Assembly: GCA_019358915.1 (NCBI GenBank)
Contig: JAHHIM010000014.1
Location: forward strand, 1-64,000
DNA length: 64,000 nucleotides
Source: Trichormus sp. ATA11-4-KO1
GTDB taxonomy: Bacteria > Cyanobacteriota > Cyanobacteriia > Cyanobacteriales > Nostocaceae
Direction of reading: 5' to 3'
Position 1 is the stretch's first letter. Every line of letters starts with the position of its first letter. Positions 30,502-41,132 of this stretch are shown one piece after another. The position numbers were made by a program, and so were the translations under genes. Under the pieces are notes generated by a model. The model searched no databases, was not told the origin of the DNA, and worked only from the letters and a program-made list of their open reading frames with translations.

Positions 30502-31722
30502 TTAGCGATCGCGGGCAGTACCAGTAGTTAAACTACCACGATAGGGAATTCCTACCCCAGGAGGATCTCCATTCACACCAAAAACTTCTATTTGGGTAAT
30601 TTGACCGTTACCATTGATTACTGAACCACTGGCGTTATTTCCACTCAGTCCTGCTTTATTAGCTACACCCGTATTCCCATTAATCGTAACTGTACCTTGG
30701 TCAAAATCTACAGAAATATTAGTAGGAGAAGTATTATTATCTGGGATAAAAGTTGCTGTATTTCCTTCTGTTCTCACAAAAATACCTGTAACTACTTGTG
30801 GGTTGGTAATTCTCACAGAAACTGGTGGACGAGGATTCAAATTACCTTCTGTACCACTAAGTGCATCCGCCAAGAAGGTTCTAGTAAATCCCCTAAATCT
30901 TCGGGCTTGATTTCTCAAGGCGGCTAATGTTTCAATCCGTATAGCTTTAAGTGTTTCCTGAACTGGCGGCGATTCTTGGGCGACTAAAGTTTCTTGACCT
31001 GGCCCCAGACCACTGGTCAAGGAAATGGTTTTATAAAAAGTCTGGAGGTCAAATTCTTGGACATTACCTACCAGACCATTTTTGACTGCTACTGTCTGAC
31101 CACCTTGTAGAGCAACAGTTTTTTTCCCTTGCTGGTCGGATATTTGAATGTCTCCATCCGTTAGGGCAAATACTTGTGTGGTGTTACCTGTTCCATCATG
31201 TATCACCATGACAGCACTAGCCTTTTGGGCTGGGAGAAATAAATGATTATTCTGTGCGGTGGCGGGACGTACTGCCAATATTCTAATTTGACTTTCTGGT
31301 GTTTCTACTTCCGTACCTACACTACCCGGTGGACTCAAGACCAAGGCTGTACCATTTTCCAACTTAAATATTGTTTCATTGAGAGCCAGGAGATTTCGTA
31401 ATTTAAAGCGCCGCAACCCTGGTTCAAATCGAAAGATACTCCTTTGGTCTACCCGAATCAGAGACTTATCATTGAAGAACAATTGAGCTTCAGAACTGAC
31501 ACCTGTTCTCACTGCATCTCGCGGAACTATGACATCTTGCGGGTTTGCTGGACGTGGATTTTGGTTATGCAGCAACAGTTCCACAATCTTAATTAGTTTA
31601 TAGACTTCGGCACGGGTTAATAATTGCTCTGATTGTGCCAGTGCTGGAGTCATCCAAGATAATGCTAGCAGAGTGCTAACAATCAACTTTTGATTTAATG
31701 ACCAAATCCCCCACCTCATCAT
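30502..31722 (-). CDS. Secreted FecR-like domain protein
   Basis: Signal peptide ending PALAQ; DAVRTGVSSEAQLFFNDKSLIRVDQRSIF FecR-type motif; beta-rich C-terminus. Confidence 0.75.
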   Translation of the reverse strand: MMRWGIWSLNQKLIVSTLLALSWMTPALAQSEQLLTRAEVYKLIKIVELLLHNQNPRPANPQDVIVPRDAVRTGVSSEAQLFFNDKSLIRVDQRSIFRFEPGLRRFKLRNLLALNETIFKLENGTALVLSPPGSVGTEVETPESQIRILAVRPATAQNNHLFLPAQKASAVMVIHDGTGNTTQVFALTDGDIQISDQQGKKTVALQGGQTVAVKNGLVGNVQEFDLQTFYKTISLTSGLGPGQETLVAQESPPVQETLKAIRIETLAALRNQARRFRGFTRTFLADALSGTEGNLNPRPPVSVRITNPQVVTGIFVRTEGNTATFIPDNNTSPTNISVDFDQGTVTINGNTGVANKAGLSGNNASGSVINGNGQITQIEVFGVNGDPPGVGIPYRGSLTTGTARDR

Positions 31723-32142
31723 GCCTTACCTTGAATAACGATGTTAAGTATACTGAATAGTAAATTGATTTTATACTACATATACTAGTAACCCTTTTCC
31801 GGATTACTTCGTATTAAGTTTATTGAATCTCCAGCATCTTCCGATCTCTCCGCTTAAGGCCTTTGTTGAGGTCTACTATGAGAAAATAATTCTTAGATAT
31901 ATAATATACAGCAAAAACGTGATAAATACGAGTATATGCTCATAAGTATATGAAAAATTAACTGGTAAGAGTTGATCATGCGATCACATTTCTAGTGCAT
32001 AGTCTAAAACTAGAGAATTGGCGAAGATCATCACCCTTCTGCCCAGGGCTGATTCGTTCCCTAAAAGGGTTAAAATTGCAAGGGCAAATCCACAATTAAG
32101 ACCGAAAATTTTGGCATCTTCAGTCCGAAATACCTGATTTTT

Positions 32143-32170
32143 CTTTGCGTCTTTGCGCCTTTGCGTGAGA
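32143..32170 (-). repeat. Dispersed triplet repeat copy
   Basis: ctttgcgtctttgcgcctttgcgtgaga. Confidence 0.75.
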
Positions 32171-32279
32171 TTATCCTCTTGACAAATCTCCAACACAAGC
32201 GAATGAAACAGCCCTGCCCTTCTGCCTAGGACAAGAGAAAATAAAGATAAGTAAGAGCGATGCTAAGCGCCAACCCTCC

Positions 32280-33407
32280 ATGAGCTACTGCCTTAATCCC
32301 CATTGTTCCCAGCCGGGAAATTCTGATGATGTCAAGTTTTGTCTGAGTTGTGGTTCCAAGCTACTGCTCAAAGAACGCTACCGAGCGATTAAACCTATCG
32401 GACAAGGCGGTTTTGGGAGAACTTTCTTAGCGGTGGATGAGGATAAACCCTCTAAACCCCATTGTGTGATTAAGCAATTTTATACTAAAGCTCAAGGCAC
32501 TAACACTGTACAAAAAGCTGTAGAGTTATTTACCCAAGAAGCGGTGCAGTTAGATGAGTTGGGCAAACATCCCCAAATTCCCGAATTATTGGCATATTTT
32601 ACCCAAGATGACAGACAGTATCTAGTGCAAGAGTTTATCAAGGGTCAAAACTTAGCCCAGGAATTGGCACAAAAGGGCGCTTTTAGTGAAACGCAGATAT
32701 GGCAATTACTGAATGATTTATTGCCAGTACTGCAATTTTGCCATGCTAAACAAGTAATTCACCGCGATATCAAGCCAGAAAATATTATTTTACGTGAGAG
32801 CCAAGGCGAAGCCCTACGCAAATCAGTATTAGTAGATTTTGGAGCTTCTAAATCTGCCACTGGTACTGCCTTAAACAAAACCGGTACTAGTATTGGTACT
32901 CCCGAATATGTCGCCCCTGAACAAATTCGCGGTAGAGCTATTTTTGCCAGTGATATCTACAGTTTAGGCGCGACTTGTATTAATTTATTAACTCAGCGAT
33001 CGCCTTTTGATTCTTATGATATCAATAACGATACTTGGATTTGGCAGCAATATCTACAAACTCCCGTCAGTCATCAGTTAAGTCGCATTCTTGACAAGAT
33101 GTTAGTAAGTATCCCCATTCGGCGTTATCAAAGGGTAGAAGAAGTCATCCAAGATTTAAATCAACAACCACAAGTAGTTGCTACACCAGTGATAACAGCA
33201 AAACCTATTATCCAATCACCGCCTAAATCTGTTAGTCAAATTGATTTAGAACTAGAAGAAATGAAAACTCAATTTTTGGGAGGTAGCAAACCCCAAAACA
33301 ATCAAGCACAAACACCAAAATCAATTTCTCATCCAAGTGAAATAGATATGGAATTAGAAGAATTAAAAGCTAAATATCTTGGGAACAATAACTACCCAAA
33401 TCACTAG
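32280..33407 (+). CDS. Ser/Thr protein kinase with an N-terminal 4-Cys Zn ribbon
   Basis: YCLNPHC...FCLSCG, GQGGFG, HRDIKPEN, DFG, APE, SDIYSLG. Confidence 0.95.
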   Translation: MSYCLNPHCSQPGNSDDVKFCLSCGSKLLLKERYRAIKPIGQGGFGRTFLAVDEDKPSKPHCVIKQFYTKAQGTNTVQKAVELFTQEAVQLDELGKHPQIPELLAYFTQDDRQYLVQEFIKGQNLAQELAQKGAFSETQIWQLLNDLLPVLQFCHAKQVIHRDIKPENIILRESQGEALRKSVLVDFGASKSATGTALNKTGTSIGTPEYVAPEQIRGRAIFASDIYSLGATCINLLTQRSPFDSYDINNDTWIWQQYLQTPVSHQLSRILDKMLVSIPIRRYQRVEEVIQDLNQQPQVVATPVITAKPIIQSPPKSVSQIDLELEEMKTQFLGGSKPQNNQAQTPKSISHPSEIDMELEELKAKYLGNNNYPNH

Positions 33408-33451
33408 ACCTCTGGCAAAAAACTTTGAAAGTTTAACGTGAATTCGATAGA

Positions 33452-33604
33452 CCTCACCCCAACCCCTCTCCGAGTCCCAGAGGGGCTTAAATATCCTGAA
33501 TTACCAACGAAAATCAAGACGAAAAAGCAAGGTTTCAAAGCCTCTAAAGCCACTTGCTACAACGCAGTGGCTGCTCCTTGCAGGGGAGAGATTTGGAGAG
33601 GGGT
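33452..33604. repeat. Composite REP-like element with a nested small hairpin
   Basis: cctcaccccaacccctctcc ... ggagagatttggagagggg; nested gccacttgctacaacgcagtggct. Confidence 0.55.
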
Positions 33605-33816
33605 TTTTAATATTTGTCGAACTCCTAAGAAATAGTGCTGAGTGCTGAGTTACGAATAAAAAGTACAAAGGAATAAAAGTCCGGAGGATTCTGTTCCTTT
33701 CGCCCTTCCCGCAGGTGCGCCTTCCTTGGAGACTCACGTAAAATTAAGTGGCACAGCGATCGCATAAATATACTTTAATCAAATAAAGTATCTATCTACT
33801 GATACGGTTAAGGCTT

Positions 33817-36800
33817 ATGTCATCGCCACTTGACCGCTCCTTGAAAATTGAACTCAGGTTGCCATCCTCCCATCCTCAGTTATTAGCAGGATTGGATATA
33901 TGGTTGCGTTTAGGTTTGATATCTGATGCCCAAGTTAGGCAACTATGCCGAGAGTTTCTTGTCTGTCCGGTGGTATTGCAAGTTCAGGCTCAACCTGTAA
34001 CTGTCGATCCCGTAAAGCATTTACCTGTGGAAGCTTTGCAAATTAGTAGCCGCAAACAAAAAGCACAGCCAGCTGAACCAAACTTCATTGCCACCATGTT
34101 GCAGTCACTGGGAGCAGAATTGAGTGTGCGTTGGCTGCTGTTTTTAGGTGTATTCCTAGTTGTGGTGTCATCTGGAGTACTAGCAGCTAGTCAGTGGGAG
34201 AGGTTTCCTGCTTCTGGACAGTATGGAATTTTATTGGCTTATACCTTAAGTTTCTGGGGTTTTAGTTTTTGGGCAGGTAGGCAAAACAATCTCAGATTGA
34301 CGGCGCAAACTTTGCTAATTGTCACCCTGTTGTTAGTGCCAGTGAACTTTTGGGCAATGGACAGTTTTCGATTGTGGCACAATCCCCTGGACTGGTTGAC
34401 AGTGGCGATCGCCTGCTCTACCCTGACATTTATTACAGTTTTACTCTGCAAAAATCTTACCGTTTTTACCAATTTACCCATAGGGAAACTACCTCTAGTA
34501 AATATTTTGGGGCTGAGTTATTTACATTGGGGTTGGCAATTACCAGGTTTTCCCTTAATTGCCATTTATGTGGCCATGATAAGTACAACCATGATTACTA
34601 TCTATGACCATCGCTACCAACAGCAGCACCCAATTACATCAGCAAATCAAGCACAGCAGCGCCTTCAATTGGGGATAAATTTGTTCGCTGCTGTAATTAT
34701 TTATGCCTTAGTGTTACTGCTAGTACGAGCTATTTTTGTGGCTGGGGTAGACATAACTCAGTTGGGATTAGCTATTGGTATTTGTGGTTGGCTAGCAACT
34801 TGGTTAGCACAGCAGAGGGGCAGAGGAGCGGGGGCGCAGGGGCGCAGAGGGAGCGGGGCAGAAGAAGTAAAAGCTTCCTCATCTACCTCGTCTCCCACTG
34901 TCCAATTACCCTGGGAACTTTTGGGAGGTATTTTACTGTTCCTTGGTTGGCTGGTGGCGGTGATAGATCATCCTTGGCAGGCTACAGCTGTAAGTGGATT
35001 GGCTTTATGGTCTTTGGGTAGTCGCTGGCAACGATATAGTTTTAAGGTTGACTTGGCGGTATTTTTCGCCATTGGCTTACAAATGGTTTGGTTGGGTTGG
35101 CGGTTAGTGCCGTCTAGTTTACAGGAATGGGCGATCGCAATTGGCACTCAACTCACTCATGCGGAAAATACACCTTGGGCGTTGCTGAGTTTAGCTCTAT
35201 TTCCTTACTTAATTTTCATGGTGGCGATCGCCGATCAACTACATCGCACCCAAAAGCACGAATTGGCAAAGTTTGGCGAAATTTTAAGTTTATTATTTGG
35301 CATTTGTTTAACCAGTATCGCCATTATTAATCCCACATTGCGATCGCTAAATCTGCTATTTTCGACAATCACTCTTGCAGTTGTCACCAAACGCCGCTTC
35401 CATGTCCCTATTCCCTTGGTATATCTCACTCATATCATGGGACTGATGACACTTTGCTCTACGATCTATTGGCTATTGCCAAATCTTGCTTTGTCAGTCT
35501 GGGCAGGAATTTTATTAGTTTTAATGGTGGCAGAATGGGTATTTAGTCTCGGCGATGGATTATGGCAACGTAGTGCATGGTACATCGGTTTAGGCCTAGC
35601 CGCAGTTAGTTTTAGTTTGCTGTGGGTGAATGCCGAATCATATTGGTATGGTGTATTTCGTAGCCAAACTCATTGGGGAGTTATTTGGCTAATTACGCCC
35701 ATAGCCCTTACAGGTTTAGCCAGTCGCACCACTGCGCAACGCCGGACTACAAACAGTGTCTTGAGCATTTTAGCTGTAGGCATGACTCAGCTATTAACTT
35801 TACCTCTACCAGGAACCAGATTGATTGGTTTGGGTGTGGGTTCAGCCGTGATGTTTGCTAATACGCGTTATTTAGGAAATCAACCAACCGCAAAAATTAC
35901 AGTTGGTTTTACTTTGAGTTTTCTAGGGGCGCTGCTGTGGGAAGGTATACCGGGATTACCTCGTCTGACGATAGCCGGCTGGTTGATTGTCGGGGCGATG
36001 GCTATTTTGAGTTTATGGTTAGGGCGCACAGTTCTGCTGCGACGTGGTGAGGAATTAGCAACTATATATGCAGTAGCCAGTGATCAATGGGCGATCGCAT
36101 TGTGTAGCGCGGTGTTGTTGGGAATGACGCTGCACTCGGCATTAGTTTATCAAGGATTTGTTTCCCCAGGATTTTTATACTTAATTGCTACTGGCATCAC
36201 TTTAGGGGCAATTATTTATCGTAGCTGGCATTCACCGACAAATTGGGCATTTTATGGCATCGGTTGGTGTGTGGAATTGTTGATAGCCGAAGTTCTGGGG
36301 TTTGGGGAATATGCAATGATCAGAATTGCGATCGCCAATATTGCCTTGGGTTTAATTGCTCAACTGGTGGGTGAATGGTGGCGACGACGATACCAATTAG
36401 CAAGGCTTCCCAGTAGCTTCCATATTTTGCCATTAATCTATGGTGCATTTAGTATCTTGCTGCGTTTGGATACCTTTACTGATTGGACAGGTTTATGTTC
36501 CTTAGGTGTAGCCTTGATTTTCATTGGCGTGGGGCGACGCAACGAGTCTTTTAAACCCCTGCTTTACTTAGGCATCATTGGTGTATCAATTTCTGCCTAT
36601 GAACTTTTGTTTTATCAAATGTCTCAAGCCACAGGAGGCGTATTAGGTGATGGATTGATTGCCATGTCTGCCCTTGGTACCAGCATTATGTATGCTTATC
36701 GCATCCTCTCTCCTGGGATTTTCCGCTATTTACGTCTGACCCCCCAAGAACTTAAACGCATCGCTCATTTGCACTGGGTTTGGAGTAGCTGCTTATTAAT

Positions 36801-37764
36801 GGCTGCTATTCCTCTTCCCATCGATGTTAATCGCCTTGTGGGATTAGCGACTGGTGTATTCCTCATCAGATATGCCATCTTTCAAGGAAGGCTATTTTCC
36901 TTGGGAGATGCTACGCGATCGCCTGCTGCTTTGCTGAGAATTACAATCGGAGAAATGTGGGTTTACCTCGGACTATTAGAGGTAGCCGCCATGAGAATTT
37001 ATTGGCGGGAGACAGCTGTAGGACAGTGGTTAGCTGGCCCCTTAGTACCTTGGAATGGGGCGATCGCTTGCGTAGTTGCCTATTTTTTATATATCTTACC
37101 TTGGGAGAATTGGGGTTGGTCTAAAAGACCGTGGCAACAAGCCGGATTTATTGTGCCACTAATAATTTTATGGGAAACCAGACTGCAAGTTTACCCTGTT
37201 ACCTTGTTACTAGCAGCAGGATTCTATATCTTCCTAGCCAAGGTGGGTGAAAACATACGTTTTACTTATGTCAGTGCTGTATTAATTGACTGGGCATTAT
37301 TTCGCTGGTTTGATGACTTAGAACTAACTGATGCTTTGTGGTATGTGACACCAATTGGTTTATCACTGCTGTATATTGCCCAAGTAGATCCTCTACTGAA
37401 GCTCCCAGAATACAAAGCAGCTCGCCACAGTTTACGCCTGCTAGGTAGTGGTGTAATTTGTGGGTGGACAATTTTATTTCAGCAAAATACACCTTTGATA
37501 CCGGGAATTTTCAGCCTGATCGCCATTTTTGCCGGATTAGCTTTGCGAATCCGAGCTTTTCTCTATGTTGGTACAGCTACTTTCATCATTACCAGTGTTT
37601 ATCAGTTAGTAATTTTTAGCTTGCGTTACCCCTTTTTAAAATGGGTTGTTGGCTTGCTAGTTGGCATTATGTTGATTTCCATTGCAGCTAACTTTGAAAC
37701 TCGTCGCACTCAGATAAATTCCCTACTTCGCAATACTAGTGATGAGTTTCAAGAGTGGGAATGA
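33817..37764 (+). CDS. Large polytopic membrane protein (DUF2157-like)
   Basis: 1315 aa, many hydrophobic helices; WLLFLGVFLVVVSSGVLAASQW near the N-terminus. Confidence 0.75.
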   Translation: MSSPLDRSLKIELRLPSSHPQLLAGLDIWLRLGLISDAQVRQLCREFLVCPVVLQVQAQPVTVDPVKHLPVEALQISSRKQKAQPAEPNFIATMLQSLGAELSVRWLLFLGVFLVVVSSGVLAASQWERFPASGQYGILLAYTLSFWGFSFWAGRQNNLRLTAQTLLIVTLLLVPVNFWAMDSFRLWHNPLDWLTVAIACSTLTFITVLLCKNLTVFTNLPIGKLPLVNILGLSYLHWGWQLPGFPLIAIYVAMISTTMITIYDHRYQQQHPITSANQAQQRLQLGINLFAAVIIYALVLLLVRAIFVAGVDITQLGLAIGICGWLATWLAQQRGRGAGAQGRRGSGAEEVKASSSTSSPTVQLPWELLGGILLFLGWLVAVIDHPWQATAVSGLALWSLGSRWQRYSFKVDLAVFFAIGLQMVWLGWRLVPSSLQEWAIAIGTQLTHAENTPWALLSLALFPYLIFMVAIADQLHRTQKHELAKFGEILSLLFGICLTSIAIINPTLRSLNLLFSTITLAVVTKRRFHVPIPLVYLTHIMGLMTLCSTIYWLLPNLALSVWAGILLVLMVAEWVFSLGDGLWQRSAWYIGLGLAAVSFSLLWVNAESYWYGVFRSQTHWGVIWLITPIALTGLASRTTAQRRTTNSVLSILAVGMTQLLTLPLPGTRLIGLGVGSAVMFANTRYLGNQPTAKITVGFTLSFLGALLWEGIPGLPRLTIAGWLIVGAMAILSLWLGRTVLLRRGEELATIYAVASDQWAIALCSAVLLGMTLHSALVYQGFVSPGFLYLIATGITLGAIIYRSWHSPTNWAFYGIGWCVELLIAEVLGFGEYAMIRIAIANIALGLIAQLVGEWWRRRYQLARLPSSFHILPLIYGAFSILLRLDTFTDWTGLCSLGVALIFIGVGRRNESFKPLLYLGIIGVSISAYELLFYQMSQATGGVLGDGLIAMSALGTSIMYAYRILSPGIFRYLRLTPQELKRIAHLHWVWSSCLLMAAIPLPIDVNRLVGLATGVFLIRYAIFQGRLFSLGDATRSPAALLRITIGEMWVYLGLLEVAAMRIYWRETAVGQWLAGPLVPWNGAIACVVAYFLYILPWENWGWSKRPWQQAGFIVPLIILWETRLQVYPVTLLLAAGFYIFLAKVGENIRFTYVSAVLIDWALFRWFDDLELTDALWYVTPIGLSLLYIAQVDPLLKLPEYKAARHSLRLLGSGVICGWTILFQQNTPLIPGIFSLIAIFAGLALRIRAFLYVGTATFIITSVYQLVIFSLRYPFLKWVVGLLVGIMLISIAANFETRRTQINSLLRNTSDEFQEWE

Positions 37765-37808
37765 GTAGATTGGTTGAGGGGTGTTGCTAAGTGGAAATAT
37801 GAATTTAG

Positions 37809-37837
37809 ATCACGCAGAGGCGCAGAGTCGCAGAGAG
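37809..37837 (+). repeat. Dispersed triplet repeat copy
   Basis: atcacgcagaggcgcagagtcgcagagag. Confidence 0.7.
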
Positions 37838-37865
37838 TAAGAGTTGAAAAGATTTTTGGCGTGTT

Positions 37866-38813
37866 TTAATATAAAGATTTAACCCATTGCCATTCCTTTA
37901 TCAAACCTTCCCTTAAGGAAATTTGCGGCTGATATCCTAAAATTTGTCGCGCCTTAGATACATCAGCTGCCGTGTGACGTGCATCTCCCATTGCTTTTTC
38001 TATGTGGTTTCTTTTGATTGCTTTGCCAACGATTTTTTCCATAGTGTTGAGAACTTCTGCCAAAACCACCCTACTCCCGCCACCAATATTGAAGATTTCG
38101 CCCACTGCTTGGGGTATGCTGGCGGCGGCTAAATTGGCAGCAATGACATCACTGACAAACGTAAAGTCCCGTGTTTGCTGTCCGTCACCGTAAATGGGAA
38201 TTGCTTCATCCTGCAAAATAGATTTAAAAAATTTATGAAATGCCATATCTGGGCGCTGTCTAGGCCCATAAACTGTGAAATAGCGTAATGCCACAATTGG
38301 CACTCCAAAGTTATTGTGATAAAGTCCACACAAACGCTCAGCTGCTAACTTCGTAATGCCGTAGGGAGAAACTGGTTGAGGAGAAATTCCCTCATGGGTA
38401 GGTAATGTTTCTGCATCACCGTATACACTAGATGTTGAGGCAAATACTATTCTTTTCAAGTGTTGGGCATCTTTTGCCGCTTCCAGTAAAACTTGGGTAG
38501 CATTAATATTGCGTTCAGTGTAAGTACGGAAACCATGGCCCCAACTCGCCCTGACACCAGCTTGTGCGGCCTGATGGTAAACAACATCAACATCTTGCAG
38601 CAGCACCTGCCAGTCTAAAAACTGAATATCTCCCTCAATTAAGGTAAACTGAGGCGAACCGTACAAGTGTGCAATGCTCTTGTGCTTTAACATAGGGTCG
38701 TAGTAATCGTTAAATTCATCAATACCGATCACTTCTTCCCCTCGTTGCAGCAGTGTTTCCACAAGATGAGAACCAATAAAGCCTGCTGCTCCAGTAACAA
38801 TAGTTTTAGCCAT
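37866..38813 (-). CDS. NAD-dependent nucleotide-sugar epimerase/dehydratase
   Basis: TGAAGFIG, AAQAGVR, STSSVYG, YGITK, YFTVYGPRQRPDMA. Confidence 0.93.
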   Translation of the reverse strand: MAKTIVTGAAGFIGSHLVETLLQRGEEVIGIDEFNDYYDPMLKHKSIAHLYGSPQFTLIEGDIQFLDWQVLLQDVDVVYHQAAQAGVRASWGHGFRTYTERNINATQVLLEAAKDAQHLKRIVFASTSSVYGDAETLPTHEGISPQPVSPYGITKLAAERLCGLYHNNFGVPIVALRYFTVYGPRQRPDMAFHKFFKSILQDEAIPIYGDGQQTRDFTFVSDVIAANLAAASIPQAVGEIFNIGGGSRVVLAEVLNTMEKIVGKAIKRNHIEKAMGDARHTAADVSKARQILGYQPQISLREGLIKEWQWVKSLY

Positions 38814-39225
38814 GTCCCTTATTTTATTGATATGTTTTTTAACGTAATATTTACAGGTTAATACTTACAATGATTAAACGTCATTAGTTACTAAAGATTT
38901 TTAAATCAATTATTCTCACGTTAAAAAATTAATTAAAAATACTGAAAATCTGTATCAATTTTAGAAAAATTACCGTAATTTTATTGTTGTTAAACAACAA
39001 AATTACACTGAAAATATACTAACTTACTAAGTATAGCAATCCTAAATTATTCATGAGAGATAAAAACCCCCATTTTTTCAAAAAACCGGGGTTGTGAAGC
39101 CTCTTGATGTTCACAAATCAAATTGGAAAAAATAAAATAAATATAACTCAGCACTCTTCAGGGGTCTTGCATAAGCATCAGAATTGGTGAAAAAATTGAT
39201 TCGCAAGGGACGCACGAGGAAATAA

Positions 39226-40503
39226 GTGAAAGTTTTAGTTGTAGGTAATGGCGGGCGTGAACACGCTCTAGCATGGAAGTTATTGCAATCCAAGCAAATT
39301 GAGCAAGTTGTCTGTGTGCCAGGAAACGGCGGTACGGCAAGCATGGCAGGTTGCCAGAACTTGTCTCTGGCAGTAGATGACTTTGAGGGTATGAGCCGAT
39401 ATGCTCTGGAAAATGACATTTCTTTGGTAGTAGTTGGGCCAGAAGTGCCCCTGGCTCAAGGCATTACAGACTATCTCCAAAGTCAAGGATTGATGGTATT
39501 TGGGCCTGTAAGGGCAGGAGCGCAGATTGAAGCGAGTAAGGCTTGGTCTAAGGCATTAATGCAGTCAGCAGGAATTTCTACAGCCAAGGCTGCGGTATTT
39601 ACAGAAGCAGCAGCAGCCAAATCCTACGTGAAAGCACAGGGAGCGCCCATAGTTGTGAAAGCTGATGGCTTGGCAGCAGGTAAGGGTGTGATAGTTGCCG
39701 AAACATTGGAACAGGCAGAGATGGCGATAGATACGATTTTCCAGGGACAGTTTGGTAGTGCAGGAAATTTTGTGGTTGTGGAAGAATGTTTAATTGGGCA
39801 AGAAGTTTCGGTTTTAGCCTTGACAGATGGATTAACAATTCGCCCTTTGTTACCAGCTCAAGATCATAAGCGGATTGGTGAAGGGGACACAGGCGAAAAT
39901 ACTGGTGGGATGGGAGCCTATGCACCAGCACCCATTGCCACACCAGAGTTAATGGCACGCGTTCAAACAGAAGTTTTAGCAAGAGCGATCGCCTCTTTAA
40001 GAGCGAGAGGTATTGACTACCGAGGCGTGCTGTATGCTGGATTGATGATTACACCCGATGGCGACTTCCAGGTTTTAGAATTTAACTGTCGCTTCGGTGA
40101 TCCCGAAACCCAAGTAATTTTGCCATTGTTGGCCACACCCCTAGAAGATTTAATGTTAGCCTGTGTACAGCAGCGTTTAGGGGAAATGCCACCCATCGCT
40201 TGGAAACAGGGGGTCGCTGCTACTGTGGTCGCTGCTTCAGGTGGTTATCCTGGAGAGTACGCAAAAGGCAAAGTTATTACTGGTATTAAAGAGGCAGAGA
40301 CAGCAGAAGTCACTGTATTTCATGCAGGCACAAGATTAAATCAGCAACAACAGATAGTTACAGATGGGGGGCGGGTGTTAAATGTAACGGGCATCGGCGA
40401 AAATTTTGAGCAAGCGATCGCCCAAGCCTACACTGGTATCAAAGCAATTCAGTTTGAGGGGATGTATTACCGAAGAGATATCGGTCATCGCGTGCTGAAT
40501 TAG
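39226..40503 (+). CDS. purD: Phosphoribosylamine--glycine ligase
   Basis: GNGGREHAL, KADGLAAGKGV, QDHKR, NTGGMGAY, EFNCRFGDPE, YRRDIG. Confidence 0.98.
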   Translation: MKVLVVGNGGREHALAWKLLQSKQIEQVVCVPGNGGTASMAGCQNLSLAVDDFEGMSRYALENDISLVVVGPEVPLAQGITDYLQSQGLMVFGPVRAGAQIEASKAWSKALMQSAGISTAKAAVFTEAAAAKSYVKAQGAPIVVKADGLAAGKGVIVAETLEQAEMAIDTIFQGQFGSAGNFVVVEECLIGQEVSVLALTDGLTIRPLLPAQDHKRIGEGDTGENTGGMGAYAPAPIATPELMARVQTEVLARAIASLRARGIDYRGVLYAGLMITPDGDFQVLEFNCRFGDPETQVILPLLATPLEDLMLACVQQRLGEMPPIAWKQGVAATVVAASGGYPGEYAKGKVITGIKEAETAEVTVFHAGTRLNQQQQIVTDGGRVLNVTGIGENFEQAIAQAYTGIKAIQFEGMYYRRDIGHRVLN

Positions 40504-40612
40504 GAGTAACATCGAGCGATCGCATTTTTTGATGGACATGATGCGATCGCAAAATTCCCGATCAGAATGCGCCATAATGAGGGGTAGCCCGATTAACATT
40601 CACCCTTGCTTC

Positions 40613-40891
40613 ATGCAATTCGAGTGGGACGAAGCGAAGAATCAAGAAAACATTCGCAAACATCAAATTGACTTCGCAGATGTTGCAGAAATGTTTGAAA
40701 GTCCTATGCTAATTGAGCCTGATAACCGTATTGATTACGGCGAGGATCGCTGGATGGGAATCGGTTTCTTGAGAAATGGTGTAGCGGTTGTTGTCTGGAC
40801 AGAAAGACAAAGTGATGTCATCCGAATTATTTCAGCACGTAGGGCAAACAGATATGAGCGTAAACAATTCGAGCAATATCTCACGTACTAA
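40613..40891 (+). CDS. brnT: BrnT-family toxin
   Basis: MQFEWDEAKNQENIRKHQIDF...YGEDRW...IRIISARRA; start placed at ATG 40613. Confidence 0.9.
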   Translation: MQFEWDEAKNQENIRKHQIDFADVAEMFESPMLIEPDNRIDYGEDRWMGIGFLRNGVAVVVWTERQSDVIRIISARRANRYERKQFEQYLTY

Positions 40892-41132
40892 TTGGAAAGC
40901 ATTGGAGGCAATGACTGATGAGGAAATTGATTATTCTGATATCCCGCCTCTGACTGAGGAGTTTTTTGAAAAAGCTACTTTACGAGTTCCAGCAGACCAA
41001 GCCCGCAACTTAATTCAGCTTGATCCAGATATCATTGAGTGGTTTCAGTCTCAAAGTGCAGAGTACAAAGTTTTGATTAACTCAGTTTTGCGCCGTTACA
41101 TTGAGAATAGCGATGATCGGCAAGGGGGCTAA
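40854..41132 (+). CDS. brnA: BrnA-family antitoxin
   Basis: IDYSDIPPL, LDPDIIEWF, YKVLINSVLRRY; overlaps the 3' end of brnT. Confidence 0.87.
   Translation: MSVNNSSNISRTNWKALEAMTDEEIDYSDIPPLTEEFFEKATLRVPADQARNLIQLDPDIIEWFQSQSAEYKVLINSVLRRYIENSDDRQGG

Noticed and set aside
31984..32196. 70-aa minus-strand ORF
   Set aside because: Partly a translation of the dispersed repeat (LTQRRKDAK); no family features
33438..33737. Two short overlapping ORFs after the kinase
   Set aside because: They span REP/STRR repeat DNA and are probably spurious
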